This document shows positions 39,152-48,421 of a stretch of DNA of 64,000 bases, in pieces (within the stretch, counting starts at the first letter, position 1; each line of letters starts with the position of its first letter). Below the pieces are notes generated by a model that made no database searches, was not told where the DNA came from, and saw only the letters and a program-made list of their open reading frames with translations. The stretch is from Candidatus Borrarchaeum weybense (lineage in GTDB: Archaea > Asgardarchaeota > Sifarchaeia > Borrarchaeales > Borrarchaeaceae), in NCBI GenBank assembly GCA_019057385.1, contig JAHQJS010000004.1:352001-416000 (forward strand), written 5' to 3'. A program made the position numbers and the translations under genes.

Positions 39152-40386
39152 TTTCCACTAATTGCTGAAGCTACACAATCTTTCATAGTTCCATACAACA
39201 CATCTATTTTTCCTTTAGTTAGTCTGGTGATATAATGAGCAGCCTTTATTGAATTCGTTGCAATCACTTCAATATCGTCTGGAAAAGGTGCTTCTGGAAT
39301 AGATGCCATGCAGGAGCTTGAAAAAACACCGCCAGCATTTTCTATAATGCCTGTGTATCCCATACGGGTGGCTAATAACTTTATTTGGTCTGCTGTAGCT
39401 AACCATAATCGTGTATCTCTAGCAGTTTTTGTATTTCCTAATAATACTGCAATGTTTCTGATTTCAGAGATCGAGCAATGTGGACATCCGAAAATTACCA
39501 AATCAACTTTATCACTACGCGCTGTACTGTACGCTTCCCAAGCTTCTTCTATGCACTTTTTGTCAACAGTTATTCTTTCTTCAGGGATGTTATCTCCAAA
39601 TGCTTGATCGACTATTGGGGCTTCAGGTGTGACTCCAACAACATGGCATAGTCCAACTGCTCCAGAAACTGGCTGAGGGGTGAAAAGGAATTTACATTGT
39701 TCAACTGAAAGATTAGGCATCCCATTAATAACAACATTCTGATTTCGTGCTAGCGCACCGATATAGTAACCAAAAGCTCCAAAATCTTCATTAGAGAAAT
39801 TCTTGAAATCAAGACCCTTTGGTTCTACTAAAATTTGGCCATATCTATTCTGGGTTTCTAATAATCCAGTTAAAGGGGTTTTACCTGTGATTGCACTTGC
39901 TAAGGTACTAGTTGACCCTTCTCTGTTAGTTCTTGCCCCAAGAAGTGAATTACAAAAAATTTGAAGGCCTGAGCCGATCCAACTGCAAATATCTCCTTTT
40001 TTAGGAAGATTACCAACAAGAAAGGGAACACATGTGAATATTTGTAACCACTGCATTTTCTTGTAAATCTCAAGCCGCTTATTGAAAAGGTCTAACTCCT
40101 TTTCGGCAAATGATTCAGAGATGCCCATTTCCTTCCAGCAAGTCGGATCAAATGCTGACATAAAGGCATGAATTGTGGTTAGAACGTTAGGATTTGGTTT
40201 TGCGCCTTCCGTCATTTCAAGCAATAACTTGTAAGGCTCGAGAGGCATGTTATGCACACTTGTGACGTTCACCATTCTTTCTGCATCAAAAGCTTCACCG
40301 TATTTTACCAGTAACTTCATAGCTTTTTCTACGCCAGTTCCATACGCCCCATCAAACATGCGCTCTTCATCTTTGCTTAAAAACAT
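39133..40386 (-). CDS. Aconitase X large subunit, DUF521
   Basis: MFL..EE.M.DG..G, TCVPF, NS.LGARTNRE, GVTPEA, GCPHCS and TNS.KAAHY motifs. Confidence 0.9.
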   Translation of the reverse strand: MFLSKDEERMFDGAYGTGVEKAMKLLVKYGEAFDAERMVNVTSVHNMPLEPYKLLLEMTEGAKPNPNVLTTIHAFMSAFDPTCWKEMGISESFAEKELDLFNKRLEIYKKMQWLQIFTCVPFLVGNLPKKGDICSWIGSGLQIFCNSLLGARTNREGSTSTLASAITGKTPLTGLLETQNRYGQILVEPKGLDFKNFSNEDFGAFGYYIGALARNQNVVINGMPNLSVEQCKFLFTPQPVSGAVGLCHVVGVTPEAPIVDQAFGDNIPEERITVDKKCIEEAWEAYSTARSDKVDLVIFGCPHCSISEIRNIAVLLGNTKTARDTRLWLATADQIKLLATRMGYTGIIENAGGVFSSSCMASIPEAPFPDDIEVIATNSIKAAHYITRLTKGKIDVLYGTMKDCVASAISGKWVHLK

Positions 40387-40417
40387 TCTTTTCTCCTATT
40401 CCATGTTTTTGTTTTAT

Positions 40418-40687
40418 TTATTCCGGCGGGCGATATGTTTCTTCAACATTATGAGTGTGCACCCATCCCCCTTGTGCGATATCTTCCTTAGCCATGCCTA
40501 CGGATTCTCCGTACTTTATTATATCTTCCCCCTTTTTGATATCATCAATAGCGATTTTATGTCCAAAGGAAATTGATTGCTTTACTGTAATTGTTTGATC
40601 GTTTACAGAAATTGTGGTATTTTCTAGGATCTCAGAAACAGCTGTTACGACATTATCCTTAGAATTAACAAGTATGACCTGTTTCAT
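40418..40687 (-). CDS. UxaA/GarD family dehydratase, SAF-domain subunit
   Basis: DNVVTA, FGHKIA..DI..GE.IIKYG..G.A..DI..G.WVHTHNV. Confidence 0.92.
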   Translation of the reverse strand: MKQVILVNSKDNVVTAVSEILENTTISVNDQTITVKQSISFGHKIAIDDIKKGEDIIKYGESVGMAKEDIAQGGWVHTHNVEETYRPPE

Positions 40688-40708
40688 TTGAACTCTCCTC
40701 CTTTTGTC

Positions 40709-41893
40709 TTAAATTGTAGGACCATAGGTCAAGATTTCCATGCCCTCATTATACTTTAGGATCTCAGCTTTCGTCAATTTCCCAGAGGCTACGTTTAGCA
40801 TTTCTTCATACAATCGTTCACCTGCTTGCTCGACAGTTTCTGTGCCTTCGATTATTCCACTAACGTTAAAGTCCATATGTGATCGTAAATTCTCCCATGT
40901 GTTGATATTTCCCGTTAACTTGATAACTGGCATGATCGGATGCCCTTCTGGTGCGCCTAGCCCTGTAGTAAATAGCATAAGTTGAGAGCCCGCTGCCGCT
41001 ACACCAGTAAGATTCTCATATCCCCGTCCTGGGGTCGGCATAACATAAAGTCCTTTTCCAGGCGGTTTTTCAGCGTATCCTATTGTTCCTTTTACTGGAG
41101 TCGAACCACCCTTAGCAATTGCACCCAAAGCCTTTTCCTTGACAGTAGTGAGTCCACCTCTCTTATTTCCCTCCGTTAATTGCCCACCTACAGCATCCAT
41201 ACCGACTGCTTGCGCCCTAAATATCAGATCTTTTACCATGGCAATTATTTCATTACCCACTTCGGGAGTTACAGCACGTGCTGCCAAGACGTCTTCGGAA
41301 CCCATAATGTCACATACCTCACCAAGTATAAACGTACCACCATCTTCTATTAGTTTATCAGCTACTGCCCCTACCGCAAGATTTGAAGCAAGTCCTGATG
41401 TTGCATCCGATGCCCCGCATTTTGTAGATAACATTAATTCGGAGGTGTCATATTCATTTCTCCTTATTTGTGATGCTTCTAGTACCATTTCAGAGGCGAT
41501 TTCAATGCCTGTTGCACATGCATTTGTACTGCCTCCTATCTTTTGAATCTCTACTAAATCAACAGGTTTTCCAGATTTAGCAATTTCGTCTGCTATTTTA
41601 TCTGGAAACACACTTTCACAACCTAAACTAACCAACAAAACAGCCGCTATATTAGGATTCTTTCCTAGACCAATAATTGTTTTACTTACCTGTTCAAGAT
41701 CTGGAGGCAGTTTTAGACATCCTTGACGATGTGTTAGTCCTACTGTGCCACTCACATGCCTAGTGATTTCAAGAACCACCTCATTGGCGCACCCTACGGT
41801 TGGAAGAACCGCCACATAATTTCGCACACCAATTTCGCCACTAGGTCTTTCGAATCCAAAAAATGAGGTACCCATGTTCTCACACACATCCAT
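40709..41893 (-). CDS. UxaA/GarD/SuyB family sugar-acid dehydratase, catalytic subunit
   Basis: GVRNY, H.QGC, SLGCE, KCGASD..SG..SN, GN.RGGLTT..EKALGA..KGG and FTTG.G motifs. Confidence 0.9.
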   Translation of the reverse strand: MDVCENMGTSFFGFERPSGEIGVRNYVAVLPTVGCANEVVLEITRHVSGTVGLTHRQGCLKLPPDLEQVSKTIIGLGKNPNIAAVLLVSLGCESVFPDKIADEIAKSGKPVDLVEIQKIGGSTNACATGIEIASEMVLEASQIRRNEYDTSELMLSTKCGASDATSGLASNLAVGAVADKLIEDGGTFILGEVCDIMGSEDVLAARAVTPEVGNEIIAMVKDLIFRAQAVGMDAVGGQLTEGNKRGGLTTVKEKALGAIAKGGSTPVKGTIGYAEKPPGKGLYVMPTPGRGYENLTGVAAAGSQLMLFTTGLGAPEGHPIMPVIKLTGNINTWENLRSHMDFNVSGIIEGTETVEQAGERLYEEMLNVASGKLTKAEILKYNEGMEILTYGPTI

Positions 41894-42276
41894 TGAATTT
41901 CACATTATGTAAGTCATATTTTTAATAGCTCTCTTAAGTTCAAAAAATTATTTGAGAAGAGATTATAATCCACTAAATTCCAATTAAGGACGTTAGTTGC
42001 GTATAGACTTGAAGTATAACTTCTTCTTATATAATATATTCTATCTAAGCTATATTTAAAAATAGTGATCTCCTAAGCCACATATTTTCTCATAAACTGA
42101 AATGCATGTGAAATGTGAATTTTGTAAAAGAATATGTCCGTCATGTCTCCTAAAATCAATTAAATCACGTATAGGGCGACCTTAAAGATTCGAAAACATT
42201 CTCAAATTGCTTTAGGTCTATTGCAAAGCCTAAGTATGCATTTTTTTACTTTCTGAGGATACCTTCTTAAGTTGAC

Positions 42277-43596
42277 TTGCTTATATTGTTTAAAGTCTTG
42301 CATTATTCTATTAAAATCGGTATAGAAGACTTTTGTCAATTCTATGTGTATTTGCATAAATTTATAACTTCATGTTGTTTAACTAATTCGCTGAAACTTC
42401 GGGGGGTAGAACTAATTCCAACTGTAACTGTCGCAAAAGGCGTAAATCCAGAAAATGCTGTTCAAAAGTTAGTTGATTTGCTGGGCGGTTTTAAATTTAG
42501 CGAATTATCGAATTATCTCCCGCTAAAGGGTAAGATCTTAATAAAACCCAATATTGCACATAATCGCCCTGCACCTATAACAACAAATAAAGATGTAATT
42601 AAGACACTTATAACCTCGTACTTAACTGATGCAGAAGAGATCTTAGTTGGAGATAGCGCTTCGTACCCGACAAAACACATCATGAATCGATCTTGGGAAC
42701 GAATACTTGAAGGTACAGGTTTAGATAAGGCAGTAAATGAAGCTGGGGGAGAAGTGGTCGATCTCGACCAGTACGAATTTGTCGAGGTTGAAAATCCAGA
42801 AAACAAAGTCCTAAGAAAACCATTAATTTCTAAACTTATTTTTGATGTAGACCATGTCATTAATGTTCCTGTTATGAAAACTCACCATATGACAACCGTG
42901 ACGCTCTGCCTTAAAAATTTGCAGGGTATCATCCATGACTCTCAAAAAACATATGCTCATCTTGATAACCTCCACCAGAAGTTAGTTGACATTTACAGAT
43001 GCGTTAAAGACAAATTTACCCTGAACATTATAGATGGAACGATAGCGATGGAAGGTCATGGTCCTGGACTTGGAACTCCCGTATATCTGAACACGCTTGT
43101 TGCGTCTCCAGATATTGTTGCCTGTGATGCAGTTGGTTGTGACATAATGGGCGTTGATCCATTTGGTATTGCACATGTACGATTAGCAAACGCACAAGGA
43201 TTGGGAGAAGGGAGACGTGATCATATAAATATAGTTGGCGATCCACTAGACAAGGTAAAACACCACTTTGCGTTACCAGATTTAGCTATAAGTGGCGTAT
43301 ATGAACGAATAGACATCTACCAAGGCGGAACTTGCCAATACTGCAAGGCAATCGTTAAGACAGCACTAGAATCTCTAAAGAAGAAAGGAGACATTTCCCT
43401 CGTCAAAGAGATGCAAGTTGTTGTAGGTAAAAATCCCTCCGAGCCCTCTACTGAATCAAGTTTGGATTTCATTGTCGGCGACTGCGCCTGTGAAAGCACA
43501 AACTGTAAAGGCACCCGGATCCTTGGTTGCCCTCCCTTCGATGCCTTCGTAAAAATCAGAAAAGCTGTGCATAACAATGCTTCTGAGAAAGTATGA
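42277..43596 (+). CDS. DUF362-domain Fe-S protein with a C-terminal Cys-rich domain
   Basis: ILIKPNI, VPVMKTH..T.VTL.LKNL.G, IDG..AMEG.GP, and C-terminal CQYC / GDCAC / GCPP. The real start is probably near 42415. Confidence 0.85.
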   Translation: MLILFKVLHYSIKIGIEDFCQFYVYLHKFITSCCLTNSLKLRGVELIPTVTVAKGVNPENAVQKLVDLLGGFKFSELSNYLPLKGKILIKPNIAHNRPAPITTNKDVIKTLITSYLTDAEEILVGDSASYPTKHIMNRSWERILEGTGLDKAVNEAGGEVVDLDQYEFVEVENPENKVLRKPLISKLIFDVDHVINVPVMKTHHMTTVTLCLKNLQGIIHDSQKTYAHLDNLHQKLVDIYRCVKDKFTLNIIDGTIAMEGHGPGLGTPVYLNTLVASPDIVACDAVGCDIMGVDPFGIAHVRLANAQGLGEGRRDHINIVGDPLDKVKHHFALPDLAISGVYERIDIYQGGTCQYCKAIVKTALESLKKKGDISLVKEMQVVVGKNPSEPSTESSLDFIVGDCACESTNCKGTRILGCPPFDAFVKIRKAVHNNASEKV

Positions 43597-43711
43597 TTGC
43601 TTATGTATCGGTCGAAATCGATTTTTACGATAAAAGCTTATATATCTTAACAGAAAAAATCTTATGGTATTTAGGTAATGCAATATATGTCTATTTTTGG
43701 GGGAGCAGTAA

Positions 43712-44020
43712 ATGAGTGAGACTCAAAAAGCTCTAAAAAACACTTAAGGAAAAACTAATTGAAGACATTAAAAAGTCTGGCTATCCACTAGAAATCGAAA
43801 TATCGTCCCTCTTGGAGAGAAAATGGTTGATCTTTATAACCAATATTATACAGACAAAAACACAAATCAGCCAAGAGAAATAGACATATTAGCTATCGAT
43901 TCTCGTCTTAATGATTTTGATGCCGAAATGAATTTGGTAATCGAATGTAACAAAAGCAATACACATGCATGGGTATTTTTCCTACATGAACTCTCCCGAG
44001 GCTTATGGAGAAATACTTGA
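43712..44020 (+). pseudogene. Frameshifted, truncated PD-(D/E)XK nuclease-like gene
   Basis: KKSGYPLEIEISSLLE in one frame continues as YYTD....PREIDILA...LVIECNKS..HAWVFF in another. The expected Lys of ExK is replaced by Asn and there is an early stop. Confidence 0.6.
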
Positions 44021-44147
44021 AAAAATAGGCACAAAGGCTTGATTATCTTGATTTAAAAAAGAACCAAGCCTTTATACTTAACTAACAAGATTTCTAATGC
44101 GATAATAAACATAGCATAGGGGGTACACAAGCTTTATAAATTATACA

Positions 44148-44879
44148 TTGTTTATTTTATATGAGATGACTATAATGCAGGAAGATCCAATAATCAAACT
44201 TATAGTTGATGGTCACTATCCTGAAGTCCTTGATATAAGCGAGCAAGTGGATGAAGGTTATAATCTTTCGTTTAATAAGACTGCTTCCCGACTGTATCTT
44301 CGTAAAGGGAATAAAGCAGTTATTGTACCTAAGGGTTTTGAATGGTTTGCGATAAACTATTACAACTTGAAAAAGATGGTCGAACAAATTCCCATCAAAA
44401 TATTCATCAGTTATCCGAGAGAAGACCTTTGGCTAGCTTATAAGTTACACAAAATGCTCTCTGAAGTAGGCGTGCCTGTGTATTTGGGGGAATTATATCC
44501 CGAGCCAGGTGTAAGTCTATGGGACCAGATTGAAACCATGATTCGAAATTCTGATATTTTCATAATCCTGTGGACTCAAAACGCGCTTAATTCTGCATTC
44601 GTGAATCAGGAAATAGGTGTAGCAAAAAGTGCGGAAAAAATAATCATTCCTATAGTCGAGGAAGGAGTTGACCTAAAAGGCGCTTTAGAGGGAAAGGCGT
44701 ACATTTGCCTTAATAAGAAAGATGTTCAAGAAACGCTAAGTTCAATTTGTTCTGCCTTGCACAGATTTTTATCGCAGAAACTTGAGGAGATTAAGAAAAA
44801 ACAATCACAAGGGTTGGCTTTCGCGTTAGGTGCCATTGCTTTCTTGGGGTTACTGTTTGCACTCGGAAATAAAGGATGA
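44148..44879 (+). CDS. TIR-domain protein with a C-terminal transmembrane anchor
   Basis: IFISYPRED..LA..L...L...GV.V, IRNSDIFIILWT.NA..S.FV.QEIG.A....K.IIPI, with the catalytic Glu present. C-terminal GLAFALGAIAFLGLLFALG. The start may be ATG 44166 or 44175. Confidence 0.88.
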   Translation: MFILYEMTIMQEDPIIKLIVDGHYPEVLDISEQVDEGYNLSFNKTASRLYLRKGNKAVIVPKGFEWFAINYYNLKKMVEQIPIKIFISYPREDLWLAYKLHKMLSEVGVPVYLGELYPEPGVSLWDQIETMIRNSDIFIILWTQNALNSAFVNQEIGVAKSAEKIIIPIVEEGVDLKGALEGKAYICLNKKDVQETLSSICSALHRFLSQKLEEIKKKQSQGLAFALGAIAFLGLLFALGNKG

Positions 44880-44930
44880 TTATAACTTGAAAAAAATCTA
44901 AGGACAAAACTAAGAGTTGTTTGTGGTAAC

Positions 44931-45311
44931 ATGGTCAGAATGAATAGTTGGAGTTATATAGCCAGGGTAGTGTTGAATCTACCAGAACATACAGATCGAA
45001 AAGTTATGAAGTGGTCAGTTCCTCACCCCTTGGAGGCGGGTTTTAGAAAAGGACACGGTGATTACGCTGAACAAAAAGGTGATTATAGACTTGCTTTACT
45101 GGATGGTAGAGGTCTACACATAAAAGAATACGATAATTATTATCTCATACATTGGGATAGATGGGATCCGTCAATTAACCCTTTGGGACACATATTCGAG
45201 GATGCACCTCATTGGCTGCCTGTTTTAGGAATTGGTGGTATCTTAACCACATTCTCAATTGCAGCACTCGTGGATAAAGTGGCGGAAGCACTCCATAAAA
45301 GAAAGGAATAA
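44931..45311 (+). CDS. Small protein with a His/Asp-rich domain and a C-terminal transmembrane helix
   Basis: DYR...DGRGLHIKEY..YY.IHWD..DP..NPLGH..EDAP followed by WLPVLGIGGILTTFSIAALV. It lies between the TIR and RNase III genes. Confidence 0.75.
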   Translation: MVRMNSWSYIARVVLNLPEHTDRKVMKWSVPHPLEAGFRKGHGDYAEQKGDYRLALLDGRGLHIKEYDNYYLIHWDRWDPSINPLGHIFEDAPHWLPVLGIGGILTTFSIAALVDKVAEALHKRKE

Positions 45312-45315
45312 GAAT

Positions 45316-46107
45316 TTGGTGAACATCTTGACTCATTTTAAGGAAATCTTTGAACACAATTATTCTGGTCAGTGGTCAGAGTTCCAAAAAATCGGAAAAA
45401 AAATCCAGAACATCATTCACTATGATTTTGTAAACGAAGAGACTCTCTGGAACGCTATGTCTATACGCGGATCTGCATTACCTTCTGAGGAATTTGAGAG
45501 ACTGGAATTTCTTGGAGATTCAATTTTAAAAGCAATTCATGGAATTTCATTATATGAAAAAAGTGAAGAATTTCAACCAGGAGAATTAAGTGTTTTTAGG
45601 CAAAACTTGGAGAATAATGAAAATCTTGCACCACTTGCAGAAGAACTGAAGTATAATGAAATTGGGGCATTGTTAGGAATAGGTAAACTAAGTCCAAACC
45701 AAGCTGCTGACTGCTTCGAGGCATTAATCGGAGCAATTTATGTAGATAAAGGAAATCTAGAAGGTATGATTGGTCTCGCGAAAGGGATTACTCATTTTGA
45801 AAAGAAGCTTAAAGAACTTCGAAAAGCACCATGGGGATCAAAGGATCCAAAATCTTTTCTCCACGAATGGGTTCGCAAGAAATATAGTAATGAGATTAGT
45901 GTCGATTACCCAAGTGTAAATGAAGGAACCAGTAATGCTCCCCAATTTAAAGTGCGTGTTATTATTAAACGAAAAATTAACGACAAGATTGAAATTGAAG
46001 GGCCGTGGGTAGGTAATTTCCCTAAAAAAAAGGAAGGAGAAAAAGAAGCGGCTAAAGCACTTCTTTCAAAATTAGAGGAGGAGGGTAAGCTTGACAGATC
46101 TTCGTAA
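45316..46107 (+). CDS. rnc: Ribonuclease III with C-terminal dsRNA-binding domain
   Basis: Signature ERLEFLGDSIL, second acidic motif ADCFEALIGAIYVD, and dsRBD DPKSFLHEW...PQFKVRV...KKKEGEKEAAKALL. Start placed at TTG 45316 or GTG 45319; the track start is 45259. Confidence 0.95.
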   Translation: MVNILTHFKEIFEHNYSGQWSEFQKIGKKIQNIIHYDFVNEETLWNAMSIRGSALPSEEFERLEFLGDSILKAIHGISLYEKSEEFQPGELSVFRQNLENNENLAPLAEELKYNEIGALLGIGKLSPNQAADCFEALIGAIYVDKGNLEGMIGLAKGITHFEKKLKELRKAPWGSKDPKSFLHEWVRKKYSNEISVDYPSVNEGTSNAPQFKVRVIIKRKINDKIEIEGPWVGNFPKKKEGEKEAAKALLSKLEEEGKLDRSS

Positions 46108-48421
46108 CTCAGAAAGCGAAAAGAATTCAGCAGAATTTTTGTTGAATGTTGTTCCTTTGAAGGTTCAATGGAATAAGAACTGGCAAATCTATGAAATTGA
46201 AGTGGAGGATTGGAACAAGAAAGAAGGTTATAACTTGATACGCGAGTTCAAATTATCTTTTTCTCTAGAAGACGTATTAATTGAAAGTCATGGCCGCCTT
46301 TTAGTGCTTCTCCCTCTAAAAGACCATATCAGTGAAGATGATTTAAATGCATCAAAAACTGCCCTCACACAAAAATTAGGAAAAGGAGTAAATTTAATTC
46401 CAATTAACGATCCGCTAAAGCAAGCTTTTGAAGATGACATAGTTTTGGAAGCAATTCGTAAAGGTTTTGGAGAAATAATTACATACGAACTAAACAAACT
46501 TGGATTCAAGAAGATCGGATCTGGAGGGGGTATTGGAGAGTTCTTACCGCCTGAGAATTGGCTAAATAAAACTCATGAAGTTAACCTCGATAACTCGAAG
46601 ATATTTAGGGCATTTCGTTTATCAATCATTCCGCGTACAGAAGAAAAGCAATTTTATCTTGCTGCAGATCTCAAAGGGAAATACAAAGAGCAACAAAACT
46701 TACTTGATTTATTGAAATTAGGTATAAAGAGAGAAAAATCCTTCAAAGCGTTGACAGATATTGGAAAATCGTGGCAAATTTCCTTAAGCCCAGAAAACGA
46801 AAAACTTTTTCCAAATAGTATCGAACAGGAAACCTTTGAAATTCAAAGTATCGAATCTTGGAATGATATCCAAGAGAACCCATTAGGATGGGGACGATAT
46901 GCTAAAGACTCCTTGAAAAACTTAGTGAAACAGAAGGTTATTTCAGAACCCATGAAAAGCGAACCGTTTCTAGTCGTGAAACCTTCTGGAAGAATGATCA
47001 AGAATCCTAATATATACCTTACTTTACCTGCGCGATTCTTTTATCGTCATTTGAGTCAACCCAGAATAAAAAATGAAAAGCACGATAGGGAGTTCAAAAA
47101 ATTCACTCGGATTTCTGTTCAAAAGAGATACAACCTCATATCTGCATTTTTTGAATTATTGAAAGAAAAAGCATTAATTGGATCAAAGATAAGCTTTGAG
47201 GGACATCCCATTGGATTTTCAAGACCATCAGTAAAAAAGCATATTGTCCGAGAATATGGCAAGCCTCCTAAACTAAATGAATGGGGTGTTGAGTCTTGGG
47301 GGTTACTCAAAAAGATTGATGTGTTTTATGAAAAGAAAATATCTTATAAAGTGGAAAAATTCTACGAAATCTTAGAAAAATATATCCAAGACCTTTTAAG
47401 TCGCTCTAAGATGGACCAACCACAGGTGGAAGTCAACCTACATCCTATTAAAGATGGTAAAATTCCTTTTAACAGAATCCTTGGTGAACTAGATCAAACT
47501 TGTTGTCCGATATTTTTTAGGGGAAGTAACTTTGGTAACTATAGGAAAATTAAGACTAAATTTACACAAGAAAAAGGGATTCCTGTTCAGGTCATCCGAG
47601 AAAAAACGCTTTTTGAAAGCAGGAATCTCTATGCCTTGGTACGAACCGTATTTCCTCAAATGATCGCGAAATCTGGTGGTTTGCCATATAGATTAGCACC
47701 ACCTCTCCTTGATCGGGCAATTTTAATTGGCCTTGATAAAGCCCGTGATTCTTCAGGTAGGAGACCTTCTGCAAGTGCAGGTGTTGCGGCTGTTACACCT
47801 GAAGGGCGATATGTGTCTGGCGCATCAACACCACTGGAAAATAATTTCACAGATTTCATTGATGTCGATAAACTCGCGCCCGATCTTTTACGTGAACTTG
47901 AAGAAAAGAAATTTGAAAAATCATATGAATATGCAGTTATCTTGCGTGATGGATCCCCGAAAACATGTATGCATGAGGTTCCACAGTGGAGAAAACATCT
48001 TCAAGAATATCAAAAGGATTTCATTTTTATTGCATCACGAAAGAGTCATGAATTCCGTGTGTTCCCTAAAGAGATCTCTGATTCTTCTTCACAAAAAGGT
48101 ATCGTGAAGTACAAAATTCCTCTAGTATTAAGTGGAGCGCCATTGCAACCGTCTGACTTCTTAGTTATTGCTGCTAAAGCACCACGAGGCACTCCTCAGC
48201 CTGTCCTGTACACGATAATGGAAAATACCACACCTCTTTCAAATAAGGAGATCAAGGAAAAGGTTATTGCTCAGATCATTAGCATGTCAATGCTTTGTTG
48301 GGAATCTCCTTTGCCAACCAGTCAGCCATTACCGCTTCATTATGCAGATAAACTTGCTGAGTTTACTCAGCTGGTTCAAATGGCGTGGAATTCTTCCAAC
48401 AGGTTTCCGATGTTTATTTAA
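46091..48421 (+). CDS. ago: Long prokaryotic Argonaute (MID-PIWI with N-terminal lobe), catalytic Asp residues present
   Basis: MID motifs YRKIK, IPVQVI and QMIAKSGG. PIWI motifs IGLDKA, ILRDG, RKSH.FRVF, GTPQP and PLPLHYADKLA, with a hydrophobic C-terminus PMFI. 776 aa, with a strong GAGGAGGAGG RBS inside rnc. Confidence 0.92.
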   Translation: MTDLRNSESEKNSAEFLLNVVPLKVQWNKNWQIYEIEVEDWNKKEGYNLIREFKLSFSLEDVLIESHGRLLVLLPLKDHISEDDLNASKTALTQKLGKGVNLIPINDPLKQAFEDDIVLEAIRKGFGEIITYELNKLGFKKIGSGGGIGEFLPPENWLNKTHEVNLDNSKIFRAFRLSIIPRTEEKQFYLAADLKGKYKEQQNLLDLLKLGIKREKSFKALTDIGKSWQISLSPENEKLFPNSIEQETFEIQSIESWNDIQENPLGWGRYAKDSLKNLVKQKVISEPMKSEPFLVVKPSGRMIKNPNIYLTLPARFFYRHLSQPRIKNEKHDREFKKFTRISVQKRYNLISAFFELLKEKALIGSKISFEGHPIGFSRPSVKKHIVREYGKPPKLNEWGVESWGLLKKIDVFYEKKISYKVEKFYEILEKYIQDLLSRSKMDQPQVEVNLHPIKDGKIPFNRILGELDQTCCPIFFRGSNFGNYRKIKTKFTQEKGIPVQVIREKTLFESRNLYALVRTVFPQMIAKSGGLPYRLAPPLLDRAILIGLDKARDSSGRRPSASAGVAAVTPEGRYVSGASTPLENNFTDFIDVDKLAPDLLRELEEKKFEKSYEYAVILRDGSPKTCMHEVPQWRKHLQEYQKDFIFIASRKSHEFRVFPKEISDSSSQKGIVKYKIPLVLSGAPLQPSDFLVIAAKAPRGTPQPVLYTIMENTTPLSNKEIKEKVIAQIISMSMLCWESPLPTSQPLPLHYADKLAEFTQLVQMAWNSSNRFPMFI

